Assembly (NCBI RefSeq): GCF_006345805.1
Contig: NC_042997.1
Location: 122,884,001 to 122,948,000, forward strand
From: Octopus sinensis
Lineage: Eukaryota
DNA: 64,000 nucleotides
Direction of reading: 5' to 3'
Shown here: piece by piece, positions 1-13,935 of the stretch
How the letters are laid out: every line of letters begins with the position of its first letter
How positions within the stretch are numbered: the first letter of the stretch is position 1
Notes under the pieces: generated by a model
The model's input: the letters and a program-made list of their open reading frames with translations, nothing else
What the model was told of the DNA's origin: nothing
Databases searched by the model: none
Position numbers and translations under genes: made by a program

Positions 1-49
1 AAATTAATGGATGACCAAGTTGTTGGGGCTTGGGTGTCTTCTAATAAAG
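1..49 (+). CDS. Candidate internal exon, 3' part only (KLMDDQVVGAWVSSNK+G), product unknown
   Basis: Only frame 1 is open; it ends at a good donor AAG|GTGAGA. No family recognised. Confidence 0.3.
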
Positions 50-3000
50 GTGAGAAACAAGTGAATATAATACAGTTAGTTTCTTCACTAAGCTTTTGAT
101 GCAGGATAATTTAACAAATGCAATTTGCAGAACCATACTTAGTGTAAATGGTAGAGAAATATTCATGTATGCGATAGACATTATATTGAATATAGTGAAT
201 TAATACTAAGGGGCTCTTTTATATATGTACTTATTGATTTCAATGTATATTCTCTGAATATTACTATCTGAAACGTGAACCGAATATCAGCATTGAGATT
301 CACTACTCTTGTAAATAGTGCATTAAACAAGTCATACAATTGGAAAGTATATTACCTATACTTTCCAAAATTAAAGTGACTATAATGTTACTTTAATTTT
401 GTAACAAAACCAATCTTCCTATATTGTTTTCATGTCAGTTTTTCAGGATTAGTTAATCTAATTCAAAAGGCAAAAAATGAGTCAAAATGAGACCACAGGA
501 AACTTTACATTAAAACCTGAACTTTCAATACAGGGGATTGTTAACTGAGGATAATTTAGCTGTTATTTCAACCTGGTTAAGTGACCACGATGATCTGTTA
601 GTTTTTCATGGAAGTGATATTTGTAAAATTGCATAAAAATCTATTTTCAGTAACTCTACATAATGTTTATGAAACTTTCAGAACTCCGTTTCTTGCTGGT
701 AATATTTAATGATGTATTTAAGATAATTTATTGTATTAATGTCATTGTATCATCTTGGTACAGTGATGATTAATTACATTATCTTCCAGATATAACCAGC
801 GAGACAACATTTCTCTTTGCCTTACTTGTTTAATGCCCTCCATTATTACGTATAACGGAATTTATTTTCTAACGATTTCTAGTTTATGGATAACTAAGAT
901 GTAAAATTCAGAACGCGATATGATGAATTGCATAATGATATTGTGAGATAACGCGTACATACTAGCATAATTATACCACCTTCTAGAGGATAATACATTT
1001 CATTGTTTCTATTATTATTCGGCGTTTTAGTTTCTCTCAATTTCTGATAAGAGGAATGTCGTTAACTTTGAAATATATTAATCTATAATTTCTATACCAT
1101 TCTATGCATAGTCATTACACAGTTACTCTCTTTATATCAGTTTATTATACATCGTCAGATGTTGCCGACTTTATATAGGTATATTATCTGCGTGCTTAAA
1201 TATTTTATTTAAACATATATTTGGATTTATAAGCTTATTCCAAATTTTCGCGTCAAACATTTTTATAAAGTTTCTATTTTATATTTTATTATACGATCAT
1301 ATTATAACATGATATTCAGAATTTGCCAGTGAAACATTACTTAATATAAACTCTCTGTAAGTAGAGTAGCGTCTATAAAACATTCAAGGCCATGTATTAC
1401 ATGACGCGAACGAAATAGGGAAGGTATTATGAACATTTTCAATTTAAGAATAATAATTACGTCTCTTGTTAACAAAGCACAAACATTTGCATTCTGTTTC
1501 AGGAAATTGAGTTGTAGCTTAACAGTCATTAAAGATGTAATGTGTGAAATGCCGAATTACAAATAGAATAGGAACAACAGATTTTAATCGCAGAATGATT
1601 GACCACACAATATAATTTCTGAACGTTGTCAATGGAATATGGTGCGCAACAGTGCCGTATCAAACTCTTGGACATTTTCGTAATTATCATTATGTGAGTG
1701 AAATTTAAATTCAAGCCAGACTTACTAAACAGCATCTGCTGGACACTTTTCATGTATTTAGAATATTTTGCTTCTAGAGATGTCTGCGCAAAATTTCCAC
1801 AAATAAGAATGTCTGCAAAAAATTTCCACAAACACTAACGAGAGCTAGACGATGCACGCAATTTGTAATTTCAATACACAAAACACGAAACTTCCGATAT
1901 TAACTCCAACAAACATGCACCTTCTCCTCTTCTTGATGGATTGTGTTCTGTCGCACGTTCGGATGACCTCTACTCAACTCCACTCCGACTATTACTCAAA
2001 TCTACTCACGTTCTCGACTTCTCGACTTCTTCCTCTATATCTACATATTGGACTAGCCTACTTTATCATCTGGGGGCGTCCACACAACAGATTGTAAATT
2101 ATGTAGGTAAATTAATATATCTAGAAAAGTTTATCAGCTAAATTATGAACGAAAACTTATGAGTGTGTCTACAAAATCTCACAGGTTATTCGCTAACCTG
2201 AAGTTGATTTACAAGTTAAGGCAAAAATAATTTGTAACGAGAATATATTCCATAGGAAAATCGGTAGAGATTGATGTCATGCGGGAGAAATTTACATGAA
2301 TGAAAATACATGTATTCCACAATGGTTCGCTGAAGAGTTCCGGAATCTGTTTCCCGATACAAAAAGCTTTAAATTCGGTGCTGTACTGCAAAACGATTTC
2401 CAGTGTTGTGCCCAATCGAATGAGAGATATGACGCAGAGTGATAAGCTCCGCACAAACACTAGGTCACACTGGAACGAACCAAGCACTAAAAGTGAACAA
2501 TAACAAGGCAAATGTAATATTAAAACGGATACCAAATGGAAGTGAAAACATTGATGAACAAATAGTAATGGATGGGGGTTATACAATAATGTATAGTAAT
2601 GTATAGTAATGGATGGGTTTATGCATTACGTTATACAACAACGAGTATTAAACGGTGTTACAGCTCGATATTTTTGAGATATGTTGTTATATATCTTTGA
2701 AATTTTACGGAAACCCGGACTCTCCATTTCAACAGTAAAAATACATGTAATCACCCAACAGGTTCAGATTATCTATTAAGTATTGAATTTAGAGCAAGGC
2801 CATGCTGTTTTAATAATCTGACATTCGGAGATCTCAAGGGATCAACGAAATTAGAAGCAGAAATGTGATCTTAAAAGGTAGGTCAAGTAAGATCAGCTAA
2901 GAAGAATAGTTCATAAATTACTAATCATAATAAAGTCAAAATAAAGTCAAAAGGAAGTTGAATATAGTGCCCCAAATGACTACATTACAACGTCTGAAAC

Positions 3001-4159
3001 AAAAGGGAAAAGGAGGAATATGACATGTAATTGTATTTACAAACAGATTTGGCATTTGTCAACAAAAACACTCGCAGTTTGAAATATTTGCTCTGCGAAA
3101 TTTTGCTGATATACACTAACTTCACTTCTGCTGCCTTTGAACGTAGTCTTGTAATATATAGGTAGATTTGTGTGTACATTCCATACATTACTTCTTGTTA
3201 AATAAATGAACAGTCGTTCAGCTCACACACGAATATGTAGATATTTAGAAGTATACATTCTCTCACCCACTCACACACATTTTCATGAATGAGAGTATGC
3301 ATATATAATCTAACACGAGTTAGTCACTGAAGCCCCTTTTCTGTAAAATGAAGATTTTACAAAATGTTAGAAACTGCTAAGGTAATAGTATTGTTAGTAG
3401 TGATATTTAGTTACGAACAAAATTAATATATTTCTCAAATGGATTTCCTTCTCAAATACTCGTTCATAGCTAAAATCTCTTAGTTGACATAAATCGAAAT
3501 ATTTCAATAAAGCGTTCGATTTACACCGATAGCTAGAAATTAGCTTTGAACGGATATTTCGAATGGTATCATTATGAACATGATATTTATGTTTTTCAGA
3601 TATGATATTTCGAGTTTTCATTATTGCATTGTGTTTGGCGTATTCTAACGTTTTCCAAATGTTGGTAAATATTCTAACATTGTTATTCTTATACATCACT
3701 TAACTTTTTAGAATAGTTCATGAGTTTCTGCAATATCTATTTTATCTGATGAAAATCTAAATTCAATATATTATCAACCCATCCAGTGACATTTTAAAAA
3801 TTGTAATTACGTTTCAAAAATAAAATATTGTTTTAGAAAGATATTCTTCAATAGATATTATTCGGCTTCAAAACATTGGTACGAACTGTAAATTTATTGT
3901 TCCCATCTGATTAAGAATTCAGATATAATACGCACTGTTCTTGCAGCAATATTTGAAATTTGAGTTAGCATTAATCGTAAATGTATGTTATATTATAGAA
4001 TGATTACAAATTTTGGTACAAGGCCAGCAATATCAGTGCTAGTCAATTGAATGTAGTATTTAGAGGGACAACTAAATGTCGAGATTTCGTTGCTTCCCTA
4101 AGTACTACAAGACATACTTGTCTAGCTCTAAGAATGCCTTATATAATTATAATCGTGCC

Positions 4160-4290
4160 AAACCAGTGTTCAACTGGGCGAACTAGTTATTTTATCGACC
4201 CCAAAAGGATGAGGGAATGTGAACTCAAAGCGTAAAGACAGAACAAATGATGCTGCTCAGAAATTTGCTAAAGATTTTGCCATGTTACCG
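4160..4290 (-). mobile_element. Degraded tRNA-SINE (my family A)
   Basis: Patchy similarity (ttattttatcgaccccaaaaggatga...gtgaactca) to the intact copies at 9,056 and 47,958. Confidence 0.45.
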
Positions 4291-4592
4291 CCTTTGTCAG
4301 AGTATAAAATCTTTATAATAATCTGCTTGTTCGCTCACTCATTACACTTTAGTTCGTTAGAGAAATGCGTCACGTATTAAATTGAAGGGTAAAACGAAGA
4401 GCGAGAGAAAAGACAGTGATAAAAAGGGAGCTTGAACTGCTAACCACATGGTGTAGTGTGGGAGAGAATGCGAAAGAGAAAGAGATATGTTTAGGATACA
4501 ATGTTTAGTAGAGGGTAATGTTCTGGTGATGAGGTTTAAAAAATGTCAGATGAAGAAAGATGAGCAGGAGAGACAGTTACATTAATTGAGAA

Positions 4593-4594
<2 letters not shown>

Positions 4595-4642
<48 letters not shown>
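4595..4642. repeat. (AG)n microsatellite
   Basis: Direct reading. Confidence 0.98.
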
Positions 4643-4645
<3 letters not shown>

Positions 4646-5179
4646 TTTAGTGGGTGGGAGATGTGAGGGGGAAGACAGGAATGTTAAAGACAGGAAGACT
4701 GGAATTACACGGTTAAAATGTTATTTGAAGAGGTAGAGAGAAAGGCAGAAATAAAAGGTCCGTAGGAGATGGAAATTTTAAAATGTAATATATTATTGCG
4801 ACGGGAAATGAAATACTTTTCAACATAAAACATAAAATTAAGATTTATCCTTTCTGTCTTAAATGCCTTCTTTTAATATGTTTCGTTCTGTGGAATTTCC
4901 GCAGGTCCTGCTAGTACATTGAAATTTGCTTCAGTGTTAGTCTATTTTAAACTGTTTTTCTGTGTTACGTTGGTTTCCCTCCCTTTAGATTTACCAAAAG
5001 GGTGTTTTAAAAAGTAAATTTGGTATTGGAAGAAAGTATTCTCAATTCGGAATTCGTGTCTAATGATTACAACGGTTGGGAGAATATCACTTTAGTAAAC
5101 ATTTTAAAATAATCAACGTTGATTTCACAAAGATTTCTTGACTCAAGTTTCTCAAATTATTGATATCCTAAGTATTGGT

Positions 5180-5340
5180 TTCAAATTTTGGTACCAAGCC
5201 AACAACTGTATTTGACTGGTAAGTCGATCCCATCGACACCATTACTCAAATGGTACATAAAAAAAGATAAAAAGCAATGTGAACTCAATACGTAGAGCAT
5301 TTTGTCCGGTGTGCTAACGATACTTCCAACTCGCCGTTAC
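5180..5340 (-). mobile_element. Degraded tRNA-SINE (family A-like)
   Basis: gtcgatcccatcgac...gtgaactca...gtgtgctaacgatacttccaactcgcc resembles the reverse complement of the family A head and core. Confidence 0.5.
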
Positions 5341-5596
5341 ACGTTACAACTGGGACTTGGTTGTAATAATAGGGAGAAAATGGCAATATTCTTCCCGAAG
5401 TTTATCTGAAATATTTGTCCTGAATTTTTGCACAATGTTTGGAAACCGGGTGTAGAAAACCGGTTGCCTACTTCTTTTAAATCCTTCAACAAGTCTAAAG
5501 TATAAACTCTTTCTCACATTGAACTTATTTATTTTATATATAAAAGGTTATTTTATTTCTATCCTTGTCCAGTTGGTGCAAAGCTTTGTTTAATTG

Positions 5597-5790
5597 TAAT
5601 ATATACATACACACACATATATATATACACATGCACATACATATATATATATCGATGGATATCATTGTGTGTACATGTGCATGGTGATGTGTGTGTGTGC
5701 GAGTGTGCGCTTGTGTATATATTTGTGTGTGTGTGTGTGTGCAGGTGTTAGTGTGTGTATGCGTGATTGTGTATGTTCGCGTACGTATGT
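5597..5790. repeat. Compound (TA)/(CA)/(TG) microsatellite
   Basis: Direct reading. Confidence 0.9.
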
Positions 5791-6203
5791 GTTTGCTTCC
5801 TGAAATGAAAATATCTTGTAGCCGGTCAAGTGAACGAGTATCTCTTTGCTTACAGCTAGAATTGTTTATGAGAATTTTCTCTTCTTTGTTGACAGTCGTA
5901 TTCTTAGCTGTTCACCAATATAATTTCCTACTTCACTCCTCACCCTAGACTGTTTCATTGCCGTATGTATTTCCTCAATTTCTACACAACATCTGTCACA
6001 ATATCCTGTTCAGTCGTTTTTCTTTCAGTTTTCTTATTTATTTTTCCTTTAATTATCTCCGACTCTTACTCTCTTTCATTCCAATAATCTGTCTCTCTCT
6101 CTCCATCTCTAAATTTACAAAATATTCCTCTATTTCTTTGTATTCTTTCTGCTACTGCCACTTTCTTTTTTATTTAGCCCCGTTATATACGTTTTCTTTC
6201 TCT

Positions 6204-6286
6204 CTTCATCTTCTAGGCCTTATTTCTCCTTCATCTTCTTGGCCTTATTTCTCCTTCATCTTCTTGGCCTTATTTCTCCTTCATCT
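6204..6286. repeat. 25-bp CT-rich minisatellite, about 3 copies
   Basis: ggccttatttctccttcatcttctt starts at 6,216, 6,241 and (partial) 6,266. Confidence 0.9.
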
Positions 6287-6906
6287 CCCTCATCTTCCTG
6301 TTTATTTCCTTTTATTGCTAGAATCATACATCTTACTTTTCCTGTTTCAGAAAGAAAGGGTAAGCTAATGGATCCCATATATTGCTCATATCACTTCTTA
6401 TCGTCTTTAAAGAAGTTTAGCAATTATTTCCAGCTTTACACTGGAACTATAATCTGTAGGGTTTCGGGTGAAATGCATTTGATCATTGATTTATTCCACT
6501 ACAGTTAATTTGGAGTCAATCAGCAAAACAACGCATCAGAAGACATTTGAAATCTTCTCTCATAGTGAAAGCATTCACTTTAGAATTCCTGCGGCACATA
6601 TTGTTTTTAGTGTGTCTCGAAAGAATTATTATCGGTAAATACAGAAGCAAAAATTTGTACTGCAAGATGTGAACAATGACAAGAATCAATTTCTAGTAGA
6701 TTGCATTACAATTCCCATGAATCAATTTCTAGTTCATTGCATATTTCCCGGTGAGAGTGAATACTTTCTTCATGTACCTGGTCGCAGAACGAATACTTAA
6801 AGAGACTGCATTTGTAAATCTCCATCTGCTTGGCTTTCTTGGTGAAGCGCATAGCTTTCATTTATATACAATATTGAATGGCAAGCACACATAATCTTAA
6901 ATATGC

Positions 6907-7147
6907 TCTTTTACTCTTTTACTCTTTGACATGTTTCTGTCATGTGATTGTGGCCATGCTGGAGCACCGCCTTTAGTCGAGCAAATCCACTTATTCTTTG
7001 CAAGCCTACTACTTATTCTATCGGTCTCTTTTGCCGAACCGCTTAGTTACGGGTACGTAAACATACCAGCATCGGTTGTCAAGCGATGTTGGGGGGGGGG
7101 AAACAAACACAAACACATAAGCACACACACACATACGCGCACGCCCG

Positions 7148-7203
<56 letters not shown>

Positions 7204-7347
7204 ACTGGCTTCTTTGAGCTTCTGTTTACCAAATCCATTCACAATGCTAGAGTAGAAGACACTTGCCCGAGGTGCCACACAGTGGGACTGAACCCGGAAC
7301 CATGTAGTTGGTAAGCAAGCTACTTACCACACAGCCACTCCTACGCC
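6907..7347 (-). mobile_element. Full-length tRNA-derived SINE (my family B) with internal (TA)n(TG)n
   Basis: Minus-strand head GGCGTAGGAGTGGCTGTGTGG...GGTTCAGTCCC with A- and B-box-like motifs; 3' tail ggcggtgctccagcatggcc...(GTAAAAGA)n; matches other copies in the window. Confidence 0.9.
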
Positions 7348-8587
7348 TATGCTCTACAAATATTTTACTATGGTCATTCGAGATGTATCATGCAAACCAA
7401 GGAAACGGAAGAAAACATTTTAGTCATATGCTTTGCAATGGAATCCGACGCAGAAACATATGACTGCGAAGTGGGATCTCAAACATTGAAACAAAGAAAT
7501 GTATTCCCAAAGTTGTTATTCTCTGTTTGTTTCGATTTGATTTATACTCTGCAATTCATCAATGTAAACCTATTTATTGCATATGCTATCTTTCCCGAAC
7601 TGTGTGCAGCTGTCCCATCAACTCACTGATCACTTTCCTCTCTATGAAACTGAATCGATCCTATTATTTCACCATTCAGGAAAACCCATAATAGTTGCAT
7701 GAACACACTCAGCCATCAAGTGTCTTTAGGAGTTTATCAATATTTATCTCTTATGTTTTATTGTCAATTTTACTATAAGAAACTGTAGAAATATATTTTG
7801 TTTCTATCCACCACAATAAACACCGCAATCAGGAAAAATCTGATGTAAAATTAAACATCAGAAAAAAGATCTATGTTTTGCAGTTACCATGAATACTACG
7901 CCAGCATACCAATATATGTGGTAATTGTTTGGTGGATTGTACTAGGACACTTGTGATTTAATTAGGAACAAACGCTTGATCTGCCAGAACTCATAGCCAA
8001 ATATATCACAAATCTGTTTATCTAGTTGTGTAATAGACACTGTGTCTGTTGTAGTTGCTAATAAATGTTTCACAATGCAATCGGATTGGCACGACTGGAA
8101 CAATATAGATACGTTTACTTTGAGAAGGCATTCTGGGTGCTAGACAACATGTGTTGATATTTAGTTGTCACTTTAAATACTACATTCAAACGTTGCCTGG
8201 TTTCACATTGTCTTCAGACATTTTAAACTAAATACAACACATTTCAGTAAATTACACCAATCGATTAAATCGAGTTTGTCTCAGTTCTACAGATTTGTGA
8301 CCTCAGGAAATTGTGAAAGAAAATATATTACACGAATATTCGTAAACTGATATTGTGGGTAGCTTCGTGTCAGATTCCTGAATATAAATTATTTATTTAC
8401 ACCGCGTCTTATCTAAAGTTAGGTCTCATAAATTTGAAGAGTTGTAATTTTAAAACTCGAATATGAAACATAGATTGTAAGGTAATTAATTATTTCAACT
8501 AAACAGCACTTTTCTTATCTAGAAAAATTCACGGGCATTTATAGACACACGCACACTTACACACACACACACTTCTATAAACATATA

Positions 8588-8792
8588 CTCTTTTACTCTT
8601 TTATTTGTTTCAGTTATTTGACTGTAGCCATGCTGGAGCACTACATTTAGTCGAGCAAACCGACCCCAGGACATATTATTTGTAAGCCTACTACTTATTC
8701 TATCGATATATTGCCGAACCGCTAAGTCACGGGGTCGTAAAAACACCAGCATCGGTTGTCAAGCGATGCTGGGGACAAACATTGACACATAA

Positions 8793-8878
<86 letters not shown>

Positions 8879-9055
8879 TTACATACATATATACGACGGG
8901 CTTCTTTCAGTTTCCGTCTACCAAATCCACTCACAAGGCTTTGGCCGGCCCGAGGCTATAGTAGAAAACAATACCCAAGGTACCACGCAGTGGGACTGAA
9001 CCCGGAACCATGTGGTTGGTAAGCAGGCTACTTACTACATAGCCACTCCTACGCC
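8588..9055 (-). mobile_element. Full-length tRNA-SINE family B
   Basis: Collinear with the 6,907-7,347 copy. Confidence 0.9.
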
Positions 9056-9253
9056 TGCGAGCTGGCAGAATCGTTAGCGCGCCGGGCAAAATGCTTAGCA
9101 GTATTTCGTCTGTCGTTACGTTCTGAGTTCAAATTCCGCCGAGGTCGACTTTGCTTTTCATCCTTTCGGGGTCGATAAATAAAGTTCCAGTTTCGCACTG
9201 TCTGTCCTTGTTCGTCCCCTCTATGTTTAGCCCCTTGTGTATAGTAAAGAAAT
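9056..9253 (+). mobile_element. tRNA-SINE family A
   Basis: gagctggcagaatcgttagc...gagttcaaattccgccgaggtcgac...gtaaagaaat; matches 47,958-48,165. Confidence 0.9.
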
Positions 9254-10539
9254 ATATATATATGTGTATGAAAGTGTGATCGTACACGTGGACATAAAAT
9301 ATACATACATACATATATAAATGGGTTTACCGAGAGATTCTTAGTGAAATAATAACACTTCAAGGTTTGCATCCGATTTAATTTGCTGGCCTCAATAGAA
9401 GTTTTGCAGGAAAATTTTAACCTCTATCATTTTGAAAACATGATATCTAAGGAGATTCAGCGCGCAAGAGAATTTGTTTTTGTCGGTATGAACTGTCGTA
9501 TAATTTCTGTTGCCACATATATGCTTCGAAATAAAAATCAGCTTGCAAATATTTTATGATAACAGACCTGTTTCATTCCTGAATAATTGATGAATGCTTA
9601 TCAAGCTTCATATCGTAATGAACTATTGCTGCATCTTTAGAAACAGAAAAACGTTCAAAACCATCAGAAATTATCCATCTGATTAAGTTGCATACTTCCA
9701 CATTTTAAATTATTCGAAATCCTAATAAGAAATAGCTTACCACTACAATCGTTTCTTAAATTTCCTTATACAACGACCTCCCTACTTCCATTCAGCACTG
9801 CATTCTATCTTTCACCACATTGTGCTGCTCCCGCAACAACTGCTCTTAACTCCATGTTGAATATGTCACCCCCAAAATATAGCAATACCCCTTTTCCCCC
9901 ATTACGGACTATTCCTCACAGGTTTTGTAAAAAAAAAAACAGGTCGCATTATCTCATACGAGAAGAAATTCAACAATTAATCAGCAAATTTTGCAGGTCA
10001 CATGACCTTTTCTACCTCACGGTGATTACCGAATGGTATCCTCGTCCAGCCTGCGATAAAATGGAAAATTCATGATTTACATACCACCATCACTGATGCC
10101 TCTATAGAACAGTTTTGACAACTTAAATATTTCCAACTAAATATTTTGACGTACAATATAAGCTTATTTAGCATTTGATAAAATAGAAAAATATGTATTT
10201 AAAACCGAATACCCTACTCTCAAAACGAAACTGTCTAACATTCTGTTATCATCTCAGAGTATTCTAGTAACAAGAATGGCATTTTTTTTAAAGTTAATAC
10301 ATGCAGAAGTCCTAAAATACTCAAGACAAAAAATACTGTCTGTGAAAACCTTTTTGCCTTCTTTCTTAGACGATTTTACTCCAGGGTTGACTTTCTTAGT
10401 CGTCGACGACAACAAGTTGGAATACAATAAGATCAGCTGGGGACGGAAACACTTGGACAAGAGATGCAGTTGTCAATATGTATATACCTACGTATATGTG
10501 TGTGTATACATACACACACATATACACACACACATATAT

Positions 10540-10730
10540 AGTTGGAATTTACAAAAAAAGATAAAAAATGAAGGCAGGTGTGTAAACAACAAACAGGTGT
10601 ATTATTTTAACGCTCGGGAAAGTGAGAAGGTCTTTTACGTTTCGTGCCTACGCTCTTCAACAGAAAGGATCAAGAGAAAATAAACAGAGATGGATAATAA
10701 GTGCTTTAGTGGTTAACGGTAGATCATGTA
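10540..10730 (-). mobile_element. Penelope-like terminal-repeat relic with a variant minimal hammerhead (10,632-10,667)
   Basis: Minus strand: cttt CUGUUGA A GAGC guag GCAC GAAA CGU A aaag. The core has A6U and stem II has one mismatch. Flanked by microsatellites. Confidence 0.55.
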
Positions 10731-10883
10731 ACTATGTATGTACGTGTATATGTCTCTTCTATTTCTTTAATTGTTATAAATCTTCCAGTGAGGAGGGAGC
10801 TGAATTTCAAGTATGATTCAAAGCTCCATCTTTGGGATGTATTTAACAGAGACAAATTCACATTTGGAACTTCAGAAAAGTTT

Positions 10884-10970
10884 GTGTATGTATGTATGTA
10901 TGTATGTTATGTATGTATGTATGTATGTATGTATGTATGTATGTATGTATGTATGCAGGTATGTATGTAC
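10884..10970. repeat. (TATG)n microsatellite
   Basis: Direct reading. Confidence 0.95.
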
Positions 10971-11509
10971 GAGTATGTTCGCATGCGTGATCTGAAATAT
11001 TTGCTCAATCAGTGTTTATCTCAAATATACTTTTAAACATGCAGATTTCATATGAATTATATGGACGGCATACTGTGATTCTTCAGAAATCTCTGAATAT
11101 TGCACAAATATACAAAGGATCGAAGGAGGGAAATAAATCTTCTATCTCCATAACATATATCTGAGCACTTCCTTTTCTCCACAGGAGAAAAACATGCTTT
11201 CTGTAATATCTTAAAATACAAATACCTTTCATTATTATTTGTATGCACGTACGAATAACGTGAAATTCATCTCGACTCTTCATATATTCGTTATCTGTTA
11301 TGTAGTTTTATAAATACTAGGGTCACAAAACAGAAGAATATGTTTCGATGGACAATAGAAGTGTTTGTTGGTGATACGTGAATTTTGATCGAATTCTAGC
11401 CCTTGACATGTTCCCTTCATTAGTAATTTCCAGGTGGATTATTAATTGCAACATGAAATGATATATTACTATATGTGACGTATGCTGAAGACAATATGCA
11501 ACCTATCAT

Positions 11510-11584
11510 TTAACGATGCAAATTGTTGTATAAAAATGCAGCTGTAAAATTGCAAGCAAAAATATATTGTCCTGCATTTCTGAA
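11510..11584 (-). CDS. Candidate terminal exon (FRNAGQYIFACNFTAAFLYNNLHR*)
   Basis: Acceptor ctactttag; in phase with the candidate exon at 11,668-11,698 across an 83-nt GTAAGT...TTTAG intron. Confidence 0.25.
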   Translation of the reverse strand, partial: FRNAGQYIFACNFTAAFLYNNLHR

Positions 11585-11667
11585 CTAAAGTAGGAAACTA
11601 GAGTTAGAACTGTGGCCATTACCATTCTTCTTACAGTAAAACGACTAAAAGATTTGACAGAACTTAC

Positions 11668-11698
11668 CTGAAAATAGATCTCACTCATTCGACTATTT
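11668..11698 (-). CDS. Candidate 31-nt exon (NSRMSEIYFQ)
   Basis: Consensus donor CAG|GTAAGT; acceptor cacgtag is weak. Confidence 0.25.
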
Positions 11699-12264
11699 CT
11701 ACGTGTGAATTTAGAAAAGCAGATAGAGTGCTTCTAATGCTGTATAAGAAAAGTAATTTGATACGACACGGAAATGTAGGAACCATGATGGATGTAGATT
11801 CACAAACCTCAAGTTTAGATTATTTCTTTACACACAGCAAAACAAATAAGTAGATTATAACAAAATGTTTAGCATTGGCTAGTATGGTTTAGCTATCATG
11901 TAAGTTGAGCGATGATGCATTGCTCTTAGTTCACCAACGAATGAAGTTACATGCTGCATTCAGTTATAATGCAGTCAGTTATATGATCATTTGAACACTA
12001 AATTTTGATATTTGCCAAAATGAAATAGTAAGGCTCTTATAAACTATTTCGTTAGCATCATTCATAGTGACACACAAATGCTGAGATCTCCGTTTACTTG
12101 AAAGACAGATCAAATAAATACCTCTGACATCTAGTCACACAGAAAGTTATTTTCAACTTTCCTTCAAACAGTGAATAATATTTTTCTTCTGTTTTAAACA
12201 TGCTTTACTCCAAATAGAAATTTTTAGAAAGCTTCTTTTCCAGATAATTTCTAAACACGCTTAC

Positions 12265-12327
12265 TAAACTCCCTGATTTTAGTACATTCTGGTCGTATTA
12301 TATAAGGAGGATCTGCCAACATTTCAG
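12265..12327 (-). CDS. Candidate 63-nt phase 1-1 exon (xEMLADPPYIIRPECTKIREF)
   Basis: Acceptor ttttcattcttattcag, donor TTTA|GTAAGC; only one frame is open. Confidence 0.4.
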
Positions 12328-12559
12328 CTGAATAAGAATGAAAATTTAAGATGTCAGTGTTCAAAATAGTGCTCATTTATGAACGCTTATACTGGAATAT
12401 CACGAACGAAATACATATTTCAAGCAGCATTTAAAGCTTCTTTTTAAACACCTCTCTTAATTCAATTATTCATCTGTTACCTATATATATAGTCAATCCA
12501 AGGAAGAAAAAACATGACAAAACAAAAACGTGAGGACGTGGTACAAGTACTGTGTTATT

Positions 12560-12910
12560 GGACGCTCAGGGAAGGAAAAAACAGAAAGCGAACATCACGT
12601 TTCGAGCGGAGCTCTTCATCAGAAATATAGAAAAAGTCCAAAGAAGGGAAGACGGAAAAAGAAAATTGCTAACGATACTCACGCGGCCACATATTGAAAT
12701 GACCGGAAAGGGTGTGAATGTCGGTGTAGGTGTTATTAGTGGCGGCAAAAAGGAAAAGAGAAAGAGAAAACAAGAGGAAAGTGGAACTAGAACAGAAGAT
12801 AGGTTGAAGAATGTCGAGATAAAGTGGAAGAGTGACGGCCAAATTTTAATGATTTCCAATCAAGGTGTAGAGTGGCGAAGGAACAGAAACAGTAATCCGG
12901 CAGTACAAGA
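12560..12910 (-). mobile_element. Penelope-like terminal relic with a decayed minimal hammerhead (12,592-12,626)
   Basis: Minus strand: CUGAUGA A GAGC ucc GCUC GAAA CGU G. Core and stem II are intact; the cleavage base is G and stem I is eroded. Outer boundaries approximate. Confidence 0.55.
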
Positions 12911-12922
12911 ATTTAAAGAATT

Positions 12923-12924
<2 letters not shown>

Positions 12925-13017
<93 letters not shown>

Positions 13018-13047
13018 GTGTGTGTGTGTGTGTGTGTGTTTGTGTGC
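12925..13047. repeat. (TA)n(TG)n microsatellite
   Basis: Direct reading. Confidence 0.95.
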
Positions 13048-13545
13048 GATAAGAATAGAAAGTAAAGACTTTAGAAGTATAGGTAGGGAAGAAGATGAGA
13101 AGAAATGAAATAAGAGAAAAGGTAGTAGAGCAGATGAAATAATAGTTTGGTGGATAGAAATATTTTTAAATGACCACGGATATAAAAGGGATAAAATCTC
13201 GCGCATACTATGGTATATGGGCTGAGAAATTCTCACCAAATTGTTGGTGTTGTAGGAAGAAGACGGCACTGGGCAGAACGGCCTTGTACATATATTTTCC
13301 TACACCCTAAGGTGAATGTGTCCTGGCCGATCCTACATCCCGCACGAGCACGTTATCAGATTTACCGTGCTGGATTAAAACATAGCCGAGCGTTGCTCGT
13401 TGTTCGAGTTATTCGGATTGGACATTAGTTTAGGTGGTAAGGTGTGTTGTTGTTTTGTGCTTCAGCGCGTGCCGTTTCCCGCGATGCTGACAGGGAGGCC
13501 ATATCTCATGTTTTTTACTAACTGGTTACCTCCATTCTCCCTGTG

Positions 13546-13875
13546 AATCACAAAGAGGATAAGTAGATAGGACAAATTTCATCAAGAATATCATAGTAGT
13601 AACTGATATTTTCCCACAGGAAGACATTGCTTATCATTGATTTATGACTCTGCCACTTAAACTGTCTTTTTTACTCTATCCATAAAAGATAAATTCTAGT
13701 TTGCATTACACTTGATAAACTAGTCAATAAAATTAGAACTAAACCCCGTCCCAGTAATAAATCTAAATAACAAAGTGAAATCAATGATAAGCAATGTCCT
13801 CCTGTGAAAAAATATCAGTTACTACTATGATATTGTTGATGAAACTTGTCCTATCTACTTATCCTCTTTGTGATT
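13546..13875. repeat. 98-bp inverted repeat with a 134-bp spacer
   Basis: Arms 13,546-13,643 and 13,778-13,875 differ at 5 of 98 positions. Confidence 0.95.
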
Positions 13876-13935
13876 TTGGTTAATAGAATAACTATACAAA
13901 TGAATCCTTTGAATTTAACTAAATTCTATATTTTT

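Noticed and set aside
2256-2442. Frame KIGRD*CHAGEIYMNENTCIPQWFAEEF... with an in-frame TGA (possible selenocysteine)
   Set aside because: No known selenoprotein motif, no SECIS identified and no homology recognised.
8188-8223. Minus-strand CUGAAGA...GAAA with a 6-bp stem I
   Set aside because: Only 6 nt with no stem II lie between core and GAAA, and U16.1 is absent; chance or too decayed to call.
9990-10479. Exon-like segments at about 10.0 and 10.4 kb
   Set aside because: Plausible splice sites and open frames exist on both strands, so the strand cannot be chosen without expression data.
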